A stretch of DNA of 62,323 bases, counting the filler, from Thermodesulfobacteriota bacterium (GTDB taxonomy: Bacteria > DASVDK01): the NCBI GenBank assembly GCA_036381125.1. It is 4 parts of 4 records of this genome, joined end to end, with 100 filler letters (N's around TTAATTAATTAA, not from the genome) between each part and the next. Parts side by side here need not be neighbours in the genome. Positions count along the whole stretch, not along the records: positions 20,452 to 31,932 come from DASVDK010000201.1; 3 more parts are not named here. One strand, 5' to 3'. A model generated the notes under the pieces. The model saw only the letters and a list, made by a program, of their open reading frames with translations, was not told where the DNA came from and made no database searches. The translations under genes were made by a program, and so were the position numbers. Positions 20,452 through 28,847 of this stretch are shown piece after piece; position 1 is the first letter of the stretch, and every line of letters begins with the position of its first letter.

Positions 20452-20916
20452 CACGAGGGGAAGCCGCCGCGAGGCTGGCTCTCCCCGGGCGTGAACCCGA
20501 GCGCCGTCACCCCCGACCTCCTCGAGGAGGCGGGGTACACCTACATCCTCGACTGGGGGCCGATGGACGACCAGCCGGTCTGGATGAAGACCCGCAAGGG
20601 GCGCATCCTCGCCGTCCCGTACCCGCAGGAGGTGAACGACATCCCGATGATCTGCCTGCACCACGGCACCGGGACGGCATTCGCCGACATGATCGTCGAT
20701 CAGTTCGACGAGATGCTCGCGCAGTCGGCACGGCAGCCGCTCGTCTACGGCATCAGCCTGCATGCGTTCATCGCCGGGCAGCCCTTCCGGATCCGGCACC
20801 TGCGGCGCGCGCTCGAGCACGTCTGCCGGCACCGGGAGCGCGTCTGGCTGACGACCTCGGGCGAGATCGCCCGTCACTTCGCCGATCACGCGCCGATCGG
20901 GCCGGACGCACGATGA
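20452..20916 (+). CDS. Polysaccharide deacetylase family (PuuE-like) protein, 3' part
   Basis: PRGWLSPG, TPDLL, DDQPVWM, VPYPQEVND, ISLHAFIAGQPFR; 5'-truncated by the contig start. Confidence 0.75.
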   Translation, partial: HEGKPPRGWLSPGVNPSAVTPDLLEEAGYTYILDWGPMDDQPVWMKTRKGRILAVPYPQEVNDIPMICLHHGTGTAFADMIVDQFDEMLAQSARQPLVYGISLHAFIAGQPFRIRHLRRALEHVCRHRERVWLTTSGEIARHFADHAPIGPDAR

Positions 20917-21740
20917 CCGGCCGGCCTCTGCGTGGTCCCACGACCGTCGCCGTCGGCGGCTTCGGCGCGATCGGCCGCACCGTCGCCGAGCACCTCGATC
21001 GAGGCATCCCGGGGCTTCGCCTGGCCGCGGTATCGGCGCGCGACGCGGCGAAGGCGGAGCGGGTCCTCCGGACGTTCCGCACCCCGGTCCCGGTCGTACC
21101 GCTCGCCTCGCTCGCGGAGGTCGCCGAGGTCGTGGTCGAGTGCGCGCCGGCCGAGCACCTCCTGGAGGTGGCCGAGCCGGCCCTGCGGGCCGGCCGCACC
21201 CTCTTCGTCCTCAGCGCCGGCGCGCTCCTGTCGTCCCCCCACCTCGTCGACCTGGCGGCCGCGCACGGCGGGCAGATCGTCGTGCCGACCGGCGCCCTGA
21301 TCGGCCTCGACGCCGTGACCGCGGCCGCCGAGGGAACCATCACCACGGTGCGCATGATCACCCGCAAGCCGGTGCGTGGCCTCGCCGGCGCCCCCTACCT
21401 GGTCGACAGGGGGATCGATGTCGAGGCGCTCACCGAGCCGCGGCTCGTGTTCGAGGGGACCGCCCGGGAGGGGGCCCGGGGGTTCCCGGCGAACGTCAAC
21501 GTGGCGGCGGCGCTCGGGCTCGCGGGGGTCGGCCCGGACCGGACGCGACTCGAAATCTGGGCCGACCCGGCGCTCGACCGCAACACCCACCGCATCGAGG
21601 TCGAGTCGGACTCGGCGACCTTCAGCATGACCATCGCCAACGTCCCCTCCGACGACAACCCCCGAACCGGCCGCATCACGGCCCTCAGCGTCGTCGCCGC
21701 GCTCCGGAAGCTGCGCAGCCCCCTCAGGGTCGGGACCTGA
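20913..21740 (+). CDS. nadX: L-aspartate dehydrogenase
   Basis: GGFGAIG, VVECA, TGALIGLD, FPANVNVAAAL, NPRTGRIT. Confidence 0.85.
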   Translation: MTGRPLRGPTTVAVGGFGAIGRTVAEHLDRGIPGLRLAAVSARDAAKAERVLRTFRTPVPVVPLASLAEVAEVVVECAPAEHLLEVAEPALRAGRTLFVLSAGALLSSPHLVDLAAAHGGQIVVPTGALIGLDAVTAAAEGTITTVRMITRKPVRGLAGAPYLVDRGIDVEALTEPRLVFEGTAREGARGFPANVNVAAALGLAGVGPDRTRLEIWADPALDRNTHRIEVESDSATFSMTIANVPSDDNPRTGRITALSVVAALRKLRSPLRVGT

Positions 21741-21750
21741 GCGGACGGGC

Positions 21751-21824
21751 GGGGTCAGGTCTTTCCATTTTCCAGGGGGTCAGGTCTTTCCATTTTCCAT
21801 GGGGTCAGGTCTTTCCATTTTCCA
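21751..21824. repeat. 25-bp repeat cluster 2: three perfect tandem copies
   Basis: GGGGTCAGGTCTTTCCATTTTCCA at 21751, 21776 and 21801. Confidence 0.95.
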
Positions 21825-21868
21825 TGGGGGGCCGTGTCCCGACGCTTCGGCGCTATCCTGTTGGCGGC

Positions 21869-23536
21869 ATGACGAGCGACCACGATGCCCTCGCGGCCGG
21901 CCGCGACGCCCTGGCGCGGGGGGCCTGGGACGACGCGCGGCGCCACTTCGAGGCGGCGTTGGCTGCCGGCGGTGAGACGCCCGAGGCGCTCGAGGGGCTC
22001 GGCATGGCCGCCTGGTGGCTGCAGGACGTCCGGGTGACCCTCGACGCCCGCGAGCGGGCCTACCGGCTCTACCACGAGGCGGGCGACCGGATCGGCGCGG
22101 CGCGCATGGCCTCGTGGCTCGCCGACGACCACGCCTGGTTCCGGGCGGAGCCGGCCGTGGCCGCCGGGTGGCTGCAGCGGGGCTACCGGCTCCTCGAGGG
22201 CCTTCCTCCCACGGCCGAACTCGGCTGGTGCCACGTTCGCGACGGCGAGATCGCGTTCCTCTACCATGGCGACCTCGCCGCCGCGCAGCGACACGGCCGG
22301 CAGGCGGTCGAGGCCGGCCGGGCCATCGGCAGCCTCGACGTGGAGATGTACGGCGTCGCGCTCGAAGGGCTCGCCCTCGTCGCAGCCGGCGAGGTCGCCC
22401 TCGGCCTCCGGGCCCTCGACGAAGCCTCGGCGGCCGCCATCGGCCGCGAGATGCGTGACCCGGTCGCCGTCGCGAGCGTCTGCTGCTACCTCATCTCGGC
22501 CTGCGAGCGGGTGCGCGACTTCGGCCGCGCGGCGCAGTGGTGCGCCCGCGTGCGCGACTTCTGCGAGCGGTGGCGGTTCGGCTGGATCCTCACCTACTGC
22601 CGCCTCCACCACGCGGCCATCCTCGTCTGGCGTGGCGCCTTCCCCGAGGCGGAGGCGGAGCTCTCGGCCGCGATCGACGAACTCACGGCCACCCGGCCGC
22701 CGATCGCGGTGGAGGGGTTCGTCCGGCTCGCCGAGTTGCGGCGCCGGCAGGGCCGGCTCGACGAGGCCGAGCGGCTCTTCGCGCAGGCGGACGCCCACCC
22801 CCTGGCGCTCCTCGGGCAGGCGGCGCTGGCCCTCGACCGGGACGACCCCGCGGCCGCGGCGGCGCTCGCGGACCGTCTGCTCAGGCGAACGCCGGCCGGC
22901 GACCGGACCGGTCGCGTCCCGGCACTCGAAGTGGCCGTGGTGGCCTACGCGGCGCTCGGCGACGCCGAGGGGCTTCGCCCCCATCTCGCCGAACTCCAGG
23001 CCACGGCCCGGGACGTCGGCACCGCGCCCGTGCGCGCGGCCCTGGCCTTTGCCGAGGGGGCGGCGGCGGCCGCCGCCGGCCACCACGACTCGGCGCGCCG
23101 TCGCTTCGAGGACGCCGTCGACCTCTACCGCGCCTCGGGGGCGGCCTTCGAGGCGGCGCAGGCCCGCCTGGCCCTCGCGGGCGCCCTGTCGGCGCTCGAC
23201 CGGCGCGCCGAGGCCGAGCGGGAGGCCGGGGGGGCCCGCGACGCTCTCGCGTCGATCGGCGCCGGCCGCGGGGCCGAGCGCGCGGCGGCGCTCCTCGCGG
23301 ACCTGGCCGCGGCGCCCGCTCCCGCGGCGCCCGCCAGGGGCGACAGCCCCCTCTCCCGCCGGGAGCGCGAGGTGCTCGCCCTGGTGGCCCGCGGTCTCAC
23401 GAACGCCGACATCGCGGCGCGTCTCGTCGTGAGCGAGCACACCGTCCACCGCCACGTCGCCAACATCCTCACCAAGCTCGGCGTCTCCTCCCGTGCCGCA
23501 GCCGTCGCCCGGGCAACCCGCGACGGGCTCATCTAG
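21869..23536 (+). CDS. LuxR-family regulator with helical/TPR-like sensor region
   Basis: C-terminal LSRREREVLALVARGLTNADIA...TVHRHVANILTKLGV; ATG at 21869. Confidence 0.88.
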   Translation: MTSDHDALAAGRDALARGAWDDARRHFEAALAAGGETPEALEGLGMAAWWLQDVRVTLDARERAYRLYHEAGDRIGAARMASWLADDHAWFRAEPAVAAGWLQRGYRLLEGLPPTAELGWCHVRDGEIAFLYHGDLAAAQRHGRQAVEAGRAIGSLDVEMYGVALEGLALVAAGEVALGLRALDEASAAAIGREMRDPVAVASVCCYLISACERVRDFGRAAQWCARVRDFCERWRFGWILTYCRLHHAAILVWRGAFPEAEAELSAAIDELTATRPPIAVEGFVRLAELRRRQGRLDEAERLFAQADAHPLALLGQAALALDRDDPAAAAALADRLLRRTPAGDRTGRVPALEVAVVAYAALGDAEGLRPHLAELQATARDVGTAPVRAALAFAEGAAAAAAGHHDSARRRFEDAVDLYRASGAAFEAAQARLALAGALSALDRRAEAEREAGGARDALASIGAGRGAERAAALLADLAAAPAPAAPARGDSPLSRREREVLALVARGLTNADIAARLVVSEHTVHRHVANILTKLGVSSRAAAVARATRDGLI

Positions 23537-23579
23537 CGTCCGCCCGCCGGGCACGGCGCGCCGCCGAGCCGGGCGGCCG

Positions 23580-23602
23580 GGAAAATGGAAAGACCTGACC
23601 CC
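23580..23602 (-). repeat. Single inverted copy of the 25-bp repeat
   Basis: GGAAAATGGAAAGACCTGACCCC is the reverse complement of the repeat core. Confidence 0.9.
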
Positions 23603-23610
23603 GGTCGGTG

Positions 23611-23659
23611 GCCGGTTCGGGCCATTTCGGGGCCGGGGGCGAAAATGGCCCGGACCGGC
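23611..23659. promoter_or_regulatory. Imperfect inverted repeat, candidate LuxR operator
   Basis: gccggttcgggccatttcg ... cgaaaatggcccggaccggc, ~60 bp upstream of the methyltransferase start. Confidence 0.4.
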
Positions 23660-23716
23660 GAGGCGGCCGCGACCCCGCTCGGGATAGAGTCCTCGGCACC
23701 CGAAAGGAGGTCGCCG

Positions 23717-24775
23717 ATGGACCAGCAGACGCTCGAGGCGTTCGCGGAGCGCATCTACACCGAACTCAACACGGCCCTGTCCTACCTCAACCTGTACGTG
23801 GGGGACCGGCTCGGCCTGTTCGAGGCCCTGGCCGAATCGGGCCCGACGACGCCGGGCGAGCTTGCCTTGCGGACCGGGTGCGCCGACCGGTACGTGCGGG
23901 AGTGGCTCGAGTGCATGGCCGTGTCGGACTACATCGAGGCCGATCCGGACGGCCGCCGGTTCTGGCTGTCGGAGGAGCAGCGGATCGCCTTCGTGGAGCA
24001 GGAGCACGCGACCTACGTCGGCGCCCTCGTCCGCTTCGTGCCGAGCGTCGCGCGGCCCCTCGAGGCGCTGCTCGACGCCTTCCGGACGGGGGGCGGCGTC
24101 CCCTTCGAGGCCTACGGCGAGGACGCGGTCGAGGCGATCGGGGCCGGCAACCGGCCGATGTACCTCAACGACCTGGCCGCCCGGTGGATGCCGGCGCTCC
24201 CCGACGTCCAGGCCCGGCTCGAGGCCGGGGGGCGCGTGGCGGACATCGGCTGCGGGGTGGGCTGGTCGAGCATCGCCCTCGCCAGGGCGTTCCCTCGCGC
24301 GCGGGTCGACGGCGTCGACATCGACGCGACCTCGATCGAGCGGGCCCGCCGCAACGCCGACGCGGCCGGCGTCGGCGGCCGGGTGCGCTTCCACCTGGCG
24401 GCCGCCGAGACGGCGCCGCTCGAGGGGACGTACGACCTCGTGACCGCGTTCGAGACCCTCCACGACATGCCCTACCCGGTGGAGGCGCTCGCCCGGATGC
24501 GGGCCCTGGCCGGGCCGCGTGGGACGGTGCTCGTCGCGGACGAGGCGGTGGGCGAGACGCTCGAGGAGAACCGGACCCTCGTCGGCCGTCTCTGTTACAA
24601 CTTCAGCGTCCTGCACTGCCTGCCGCAGGCGATGACCGTCCCCGGCTCGGCCGCCACCGGCACCGTCATGCGGCCGTCGACGCTCCGCGCCTACGCGCGG
24701 GAGGCCGGCTTCGCCCGGGTCGACCTGCTCCCGATCGAGCACCCGCTCTGGCGCTTCTATCGGCTGACGGCCTAG
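23717..24775 (+). CDS. SAM-dependent methyltransferase with N-terminal winged helix (Rv2258c-like)
   Basis: RBS AAGGAGG; GDRLGLF, RYVREWL, VADIGCGVGWS, FETLHDM, SVLHCLP. Confidence 0.88.
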   Translation: MDQQTLEAFAERIYTELNTALSYLNLYVGDRLGLFEALAESGPTTPGELALRTGCADRYVREWLECMAVSDYIEADPDGRRFWLSEEQRIAFVEQEHATYVGALVRFVPSVARPLEALLDAFRTGGGVPFEAYGEDAVEAIGAGNRPMYLNDLAARWMPALPDVQARLEAGGRVADIGCGVGWSSIALARAFPRARVDGVDIDATSIERARRNADAAGVGGRVRFHLAAAETAPLEGTYDLVTAFETLHDMPYPVEALARMRALAGPRGTVLVADEAVGETLEENRTLVGRLCYNFSVLHCLPQAMTVPGSAATGTVMRPSTLRAYAREAGFARVDLLPIEHPLWRFYRLTA

Positions 24776-24799
24776 GAGCCTCGTTCGCGCCCCTGGAGG

Positions 24800-27079
24800 T
24801 CAGGCCCTGGCGCGCGTCTTGCTCCGGGACGGCCTGCTCTCCACGGATGGCAACCCGGGCAGCACCTTCTCGAGCGTGATGGGGAAGTCGCGGACGCGCA
24901 CCCCGACGGCGTTGAACACCGCGTTCGCGACGGCCGCGTTGGCGCCGCAATTGCCCAGCTCGCCGATGCCCTTGGCGCCGAGCACGTTGGCCTTGTCGTC
25001 GAACCCGTCGAGGAGGACCGCGTCGATCTCCGGGATGTCGGCGTGCACCGGCACCAGGTACCCGGCGAGGTCCCGGTAGACGAAGGCACCCGACCGGGTG
25101 TCGACGACGCCCTCTTCGAGCAGGGCCATGCTCGCCCCCCAGGTCATGCCGCCGATCAACTGCGAGCGCGCGGTCTTGGCGTTCAGGAAGCGGCCGGCCG
25201 CGAAGACGCCGAGCATCCGCCGGAGCCGGATCTCGGCCGTGTCGACGTCGACGCCGACCTCGGCGAACTGGGCTCCGTAGGTGTGGAGGGAGTAGGCCTT
25301 GTAGTTCGGGTCCTCCCACATGGCGGGGACCTCGCCCTCCGCCGCAAGGCCCCCGGGGTGGTTCCGGGCGACGATCTCGGCCAGCGCCTCCGACGCGCCG
25401 TCGATCGTGACCCGGCCGCCCGAGAGCTGCGCTCGCCTGAGGTCCAGGCCGTGCAGCGGGGAGCGAGCGTCGCTCTGCACCGAGGCCAGAAGCTTCTCCC
25501 GGAGCGCTTCGCACGCGCGATGGACCGCGGTGCAGGTGTTCGAGGCGCCCCACGAGCCGCCCGAGCCGGCACCGGCCGGAAAGTCCGAGCTGCCCAGCTC
25601 CACCCGCACGCGGTCGATCGGCAGGCCGAGCGCGTCGGCCGCGACCTGGGTCACGATGGTGTAGGTGCCGGTGCCGATGTCGGTCATGTCCGCCTGGACG
25701 ACGGCGACGCCATCCGGCGCGATCCCGACCCGTGCCCGGCTCGTCATCTGGAACTGCATCCGCATGGCGGCCGCCACGCCGTAGCCGACGAGCCACCGGC
25801 CGTCGCGCAGGCTCCCGGGCCGCGTCGGACGGCGCTCCCAGCCGAACCGGCGCGCCCCCTCGCGCAGGCACTCGACCAGGCGGCGGTCGCTGAAGGGCAC
25901 GCCTCGCTCGGGGTCGAGCGTGGGCTCGTTCCGGATGCGCAGCTCGATGGGGTCCATGCGGAGCGCATCGGCAAGCTCGTCGATCGCCGACTCGAACGCC
26001 AGGAGCCCCGGCGCGTCGCCCGGCGCGCGGACGTCCTCCCCGCGCGGCAGGTCGAGCGGGACCAGGCGGTGGGTGGTGCGCCGGTCGGGCGCGGCGTAAA
26101 GGGCGCGCGTCGATGCCGCGGACTGCTCGGCGTACTCCCACCGGGGGCTCGTGTACATGACGACGTCGTGGCCGATGGCGACGAGCCGCCCGTCCCGCCC
26201 GGCGCCGAGTCGAACCCGCTGGCTCGACATGGGGCGCAGGCCCACGAGCTGGAAGACCTGCTGCCGCGTCATCGCGATCTTGACCGGCTGGTTCAACGCG
26301 CGGGCAGCGAGCGCCGCCAGGATCGTCTCGGCGTGGACGCCCAGCTTCGAGCCGAACCCGCCGCCCACGTACGGGCTGACGATCCGGATCCGCTCCGCGT
26401 CCACCCGGAGCGTGCTCGCGATCGCCGTTCGGGCCTCGGCGACGATCTGCGTGCTGACGTAGACGACCAGGTCCTCGCCGCGCGGGACCACCAGGCAGGT
26501 GTGCGGCTCCATCGGCTGCGAGAAGCCGTACGGCGTCGTGTAGCGCTGATCGACCTTGACCTCGGCGCTGCCGAACGCGGCGTCGAAGTCGCCGACCGAC
26601 GTGTCGGTCGGCAGCCCCGCGTTGATCACCTCCGGCGCGTAGACCTCGTCCCGATGCGCGGCGAGGTCGAACCGCCCCGGCTCGACCGCGTACTCGACGT
26701 CGACGAGCGGCGCCGCCGCCCGCGCCTGCTCGTAGGTCGCGGCGACGACGAGCGCCACCGGCTCCCCGTAGTGGTGGACCTCGGGCCCGGCCAGCACCGG
26801 GTAGGCGCGCGAGTACTGCGAGGGGACCGACGGATCGATGGCGCCCTGCGCCGGCGCGTTGCCGTGGGTCATCACCATGCGGACCCCGGGCGACCGCTCG
26901 GCGTGCGAGGCGTCGATCCGCACGATGCGGCCGCGGCCGATCGTCGCCCCGACGATGAAGCCGTAGAGCGGCTGACCGACGTCCCAGTGCTCGTACGCGT
27001 AGGTGGCCCGGCCGGTGACCTTCAATGGTCCGTCGACGCGGTTGATGGGTCGCCCGATCATCATGGCCTCGTCGTTCAT
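24800..27079 (-). CDS. Xanthine dehydrogenase family molybdopterin-binding subunit (PaoC/YagR-like)
   Basis: RVDGPLKVTGRATYA, VGGGFGSK, TDIGTGTYT, GSGGSWG, GAKGIGELG. Confidence 0.92.
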   Translation of the reverse strand: MNDEAMMIGRPINRVDGPLKVTGRATYAYEHWDVGQPLYGFIVGATIGRGRIVRIDASHAERSPGVRMVMTHGNAPAQGAIDPSVPSQYSRAYPVLAGPEVHHYGEPVALVVAATYEQARAAAPLVDVEYAVEPGRFDLAAHRDEVYAPEVINAGLPTDTSVGDFDAAFGSAEVKVDQRYTTPYGFSQPMEPHTCLVVPRGEDLVVYVSTQIVAEARTAIASTLRVDAERIRIVSPYVGGGFGSKLGVHAETILAALAARALNQPVKIAMTRQQVFQLVGLRPMSSQRVRLGAGRDGRLVAIGHDVVMYTSPRWEYAEQSAASTRALYAAPDRRTTHRLVPLDLPRGEDVRAPGDAPGLLAFESAIDELADALRMDPIELRIRNEPTLDPERGVPFSDRRLVECLREGARRFGWERRPTRPGSLRDGRWLVGYGVAAAMRMQFQMTSRARVGIAPDGVAVVQADMTDIGTGTYTIVTQVAADALGLPIDRVRVELGSSDFPAGAGSGGSWGASNTCTAVHRACEALREKLLASVQSDARSPLHGLDLRRAQLSGGRVTIDGASEALAEIVARNHPGGLAAEGEVPAMWEDPNYKAYSLHTYGAQFAEVGVDVDTAEIRLRRMLGVFAAGRFLNAKTARSQLIGGMTWGASMALLEEGVVDTRSGAFVYRDLAGYLVPVHADIPEIDAVLLDGFDDKANVLGAKGIGELGNCGANAAVANAVFNAVGVRVRDFPITLEKVLPGLPSVESRPSRSKTRARA

Positions 27080-27086
27080 GGCCTCG

Positions 27087-28070
27087 TCATTCCCCCAGTG
27101 CGGCGTGAGCCAGCGTACGGCGGAGCGTCCGCCTGGCGAGCTCGATCTTGAAGTCGTTGTGACCGCGCCCCCTGGCGCCGGCCACGGCCGCATCGGCGTC
27201 CGCCGAGAAGGTGGCCATCGTCGCCGGACGCCCGGCCAGGGCCGCCTCCGCCTCGAGCGAGCGCCACGGCTTGTGCGCCACGCCGCCGAGCGCCACCCGC
27301 GCCCCGGTGACCGTCCGGCGATCGGTCGAGACGATGGCCGCCACGGAGACCAGGGCGAACTCGTAGGAGGCCCGGTCGCGCACCTTGCGGTAGACCTGCC
27401 GGCCCGGCGGCGGGGGCGGCAGCGTCACGGCCGTGATCATCTCGCCCGGCCGCAGCTCGGTCTCGATGTGCGGGGTGTCGCCCGGCAGCCGGTAGAAGTC
27501 GCCGATCGCGACACGACGGGTGAGCTGGTCGGGACCGAGCAGCTCGATCTGGGCCTCCACGGCGGTCATCGCGACCGCCATGTCCGACGGGTTGGTCGCG
27601 ATGCAGGCGTCGCTCGCGCCGAGGATCGCGTGAATCCGGTTGAACCCGTCGATCGCCGCGCAGCCCGAGCCGGGCTGCCGCTTGTTGCAGGCCGCGGCCG
27701 TGTCGTAGAAATAGGGGCACCGGGTCCGCTGCATCAGGTTGCCGCCCGTGGACGCCTTGTTGCGCAACTGCGCCGAGGCGCCGGCCAGGAGGGCCTGGGC
27801 GACGACCGGGAAGCGGGTGCGCACGCGGCGGTCGGCGGCCACGTCGGAGTTGAGCGCCTGCGCGCCGATCCGCAGCCCGCCGTCGGGCAGGTCCTCGATG
27901 TCCTTCAAGGGGAGCCGGCTGATGTCGACGAGGTGGGTCGGCCGCTCGATCTCGAGCTTCATCAGGTCGAGCAGGTTGGTGCCGCCGGCGATGAACTTCG
28001 CGCCGGGTCTCGACGCCGCCGCGATCGCGGCCTTCGGATCCGCCGCCCGCTCGTAGGTGAAGGGCCTCAT
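27087..28070 (-). CDS. FAD-binding subunit (PaoB/YagS-like)
   Basis: [30 protein letters not shown], Cys cluster RCPYFYD...CNKR...GC...[13 protein letters not shown]. Confidence 0.92.
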   Translation of the reverse strand: MRPFTYERAADPKAAIAAASRPGAKFIAGGTNLLDLMKLEIERPTHLVDISRLPLKDIEDLPDGGLRIGAQALNSDVAADRRVRTRFPVVAQALLAGASAQLRNKASTGGNLMQRTRCPYFYDTAAACNKRQPGSGCAAIDGFNRIHAILGASDACIATNPSDMAVAMTAVEAQIELLGPDQLTRRVAIGDFYRLPGDTPHIETELRPGEMITAVTLPPPPPGRQVYRKVRDRASYEFALVSVAAIVSTDRRTVTGARVALGGVAHKPWRSLEAEAALAGRPATMATFSADADAAVAGARGRGHNDFKIELARRTLRRTLAHAALGE

Positions 28071-28609
28071 CGGTGGGCCCCTTCCGCGACGTCGCGGATG
28101 GCGGCGACGATGTTCGGATAGGCGGCGCACCGGCAGATGTTGCCGCTCATCCGCTCGCGTATCTCCGCCTCGGTCAGCACGATCCGCGGGGACGCCACGT
28201 CCGCGGTCGCGTGACTCGGCCAGCCGGCCTTCGCCTCGTCGAGCATGCCGACGGCCGAGCAGATCTGACCGGGCGTGCAGTAGCCGCACTGGAAGCCGTC
28301 GCGCTCGACGAAGGCGGCCTGCAGCGGGTGCAGGGCGCTCGGCGACCCCAGCCCCTCGATCGTCACGATCTCGTCCCCCTCGTGCATGACGGCAAGGGTC
28401 AGGCAGGCATTGACGCGCCGACCGTTGACGAGCACGGTGCAGGCGCCGCATTGTCCGTGGTCGCAGCCCTTCTTCGCCCCGGTCAGGTGGAGCTGCTCGC
28501 GCAGCGCGTCCAGGAGCGATGTGCGCGGGTCCAGCTCGAGCCTGACCGATCGACCGTTGACGGTCAGGTCGGTCGTGTAGGTGGCCACGTCGATCTCGGC
28601 GCCAGGCAT
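28067..28609 (-). CDS. 2Fe-2S subunit (PaoA/YagT-like), no Tat signal
   Basis: [42 protein letters not shown] before ATG 28609. Confidence 0.92.
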   Translation of the reverse strand: MPGAEIDVATYTTDLTVNGRSVRLELDPRTSLLDALREQLHLTGAKKGCDHGQCGACTVLVNGRRVNACLTLAVMHEGDEIVTIEGLGSPSALHPLQAAFVERDGFQCGYCTPGQICSAVGMLDEAKAGWPSHATADVASPRIVLTEAEIRERMSGNICRCAAYPNIVAAIRDVAEGAHR

Positions 28610-28847
28610 CGCGTCCTCCTGTGAGGTGAACGTGCCGCGACGGCGGCAGCGACGCCGCGCAGCCCAGCACAAGCCGCGCCTCGCCGATGTCACGCCTCGG
28701 CGACGTCACGCCTCGAGGCGATCGCGGCCGTCCCGAAGACGCTCGCAACGGTGGTCGCAACCACCGATGGAGGGAACGACTGACCGGGGGGACGACGCCC
28801 CCGGGGCGGCGGCGGAGCGCGACGAGAGGCGGGGCTCGAGGCCGAGG

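Noticed and set aside
21751..21824. 25-bp tandem repeats as a CRISPR array
   Set aside because: Units abut with about 1 variable base and no spacers; no cas genes in the window
2840..23716. Shared MERPDP N-terminal peptide on ORFs 1637..2887 and 23585..24775
   Set aside because: It is the translation of the intergenic 25-bp repeat; better starts lie downstream
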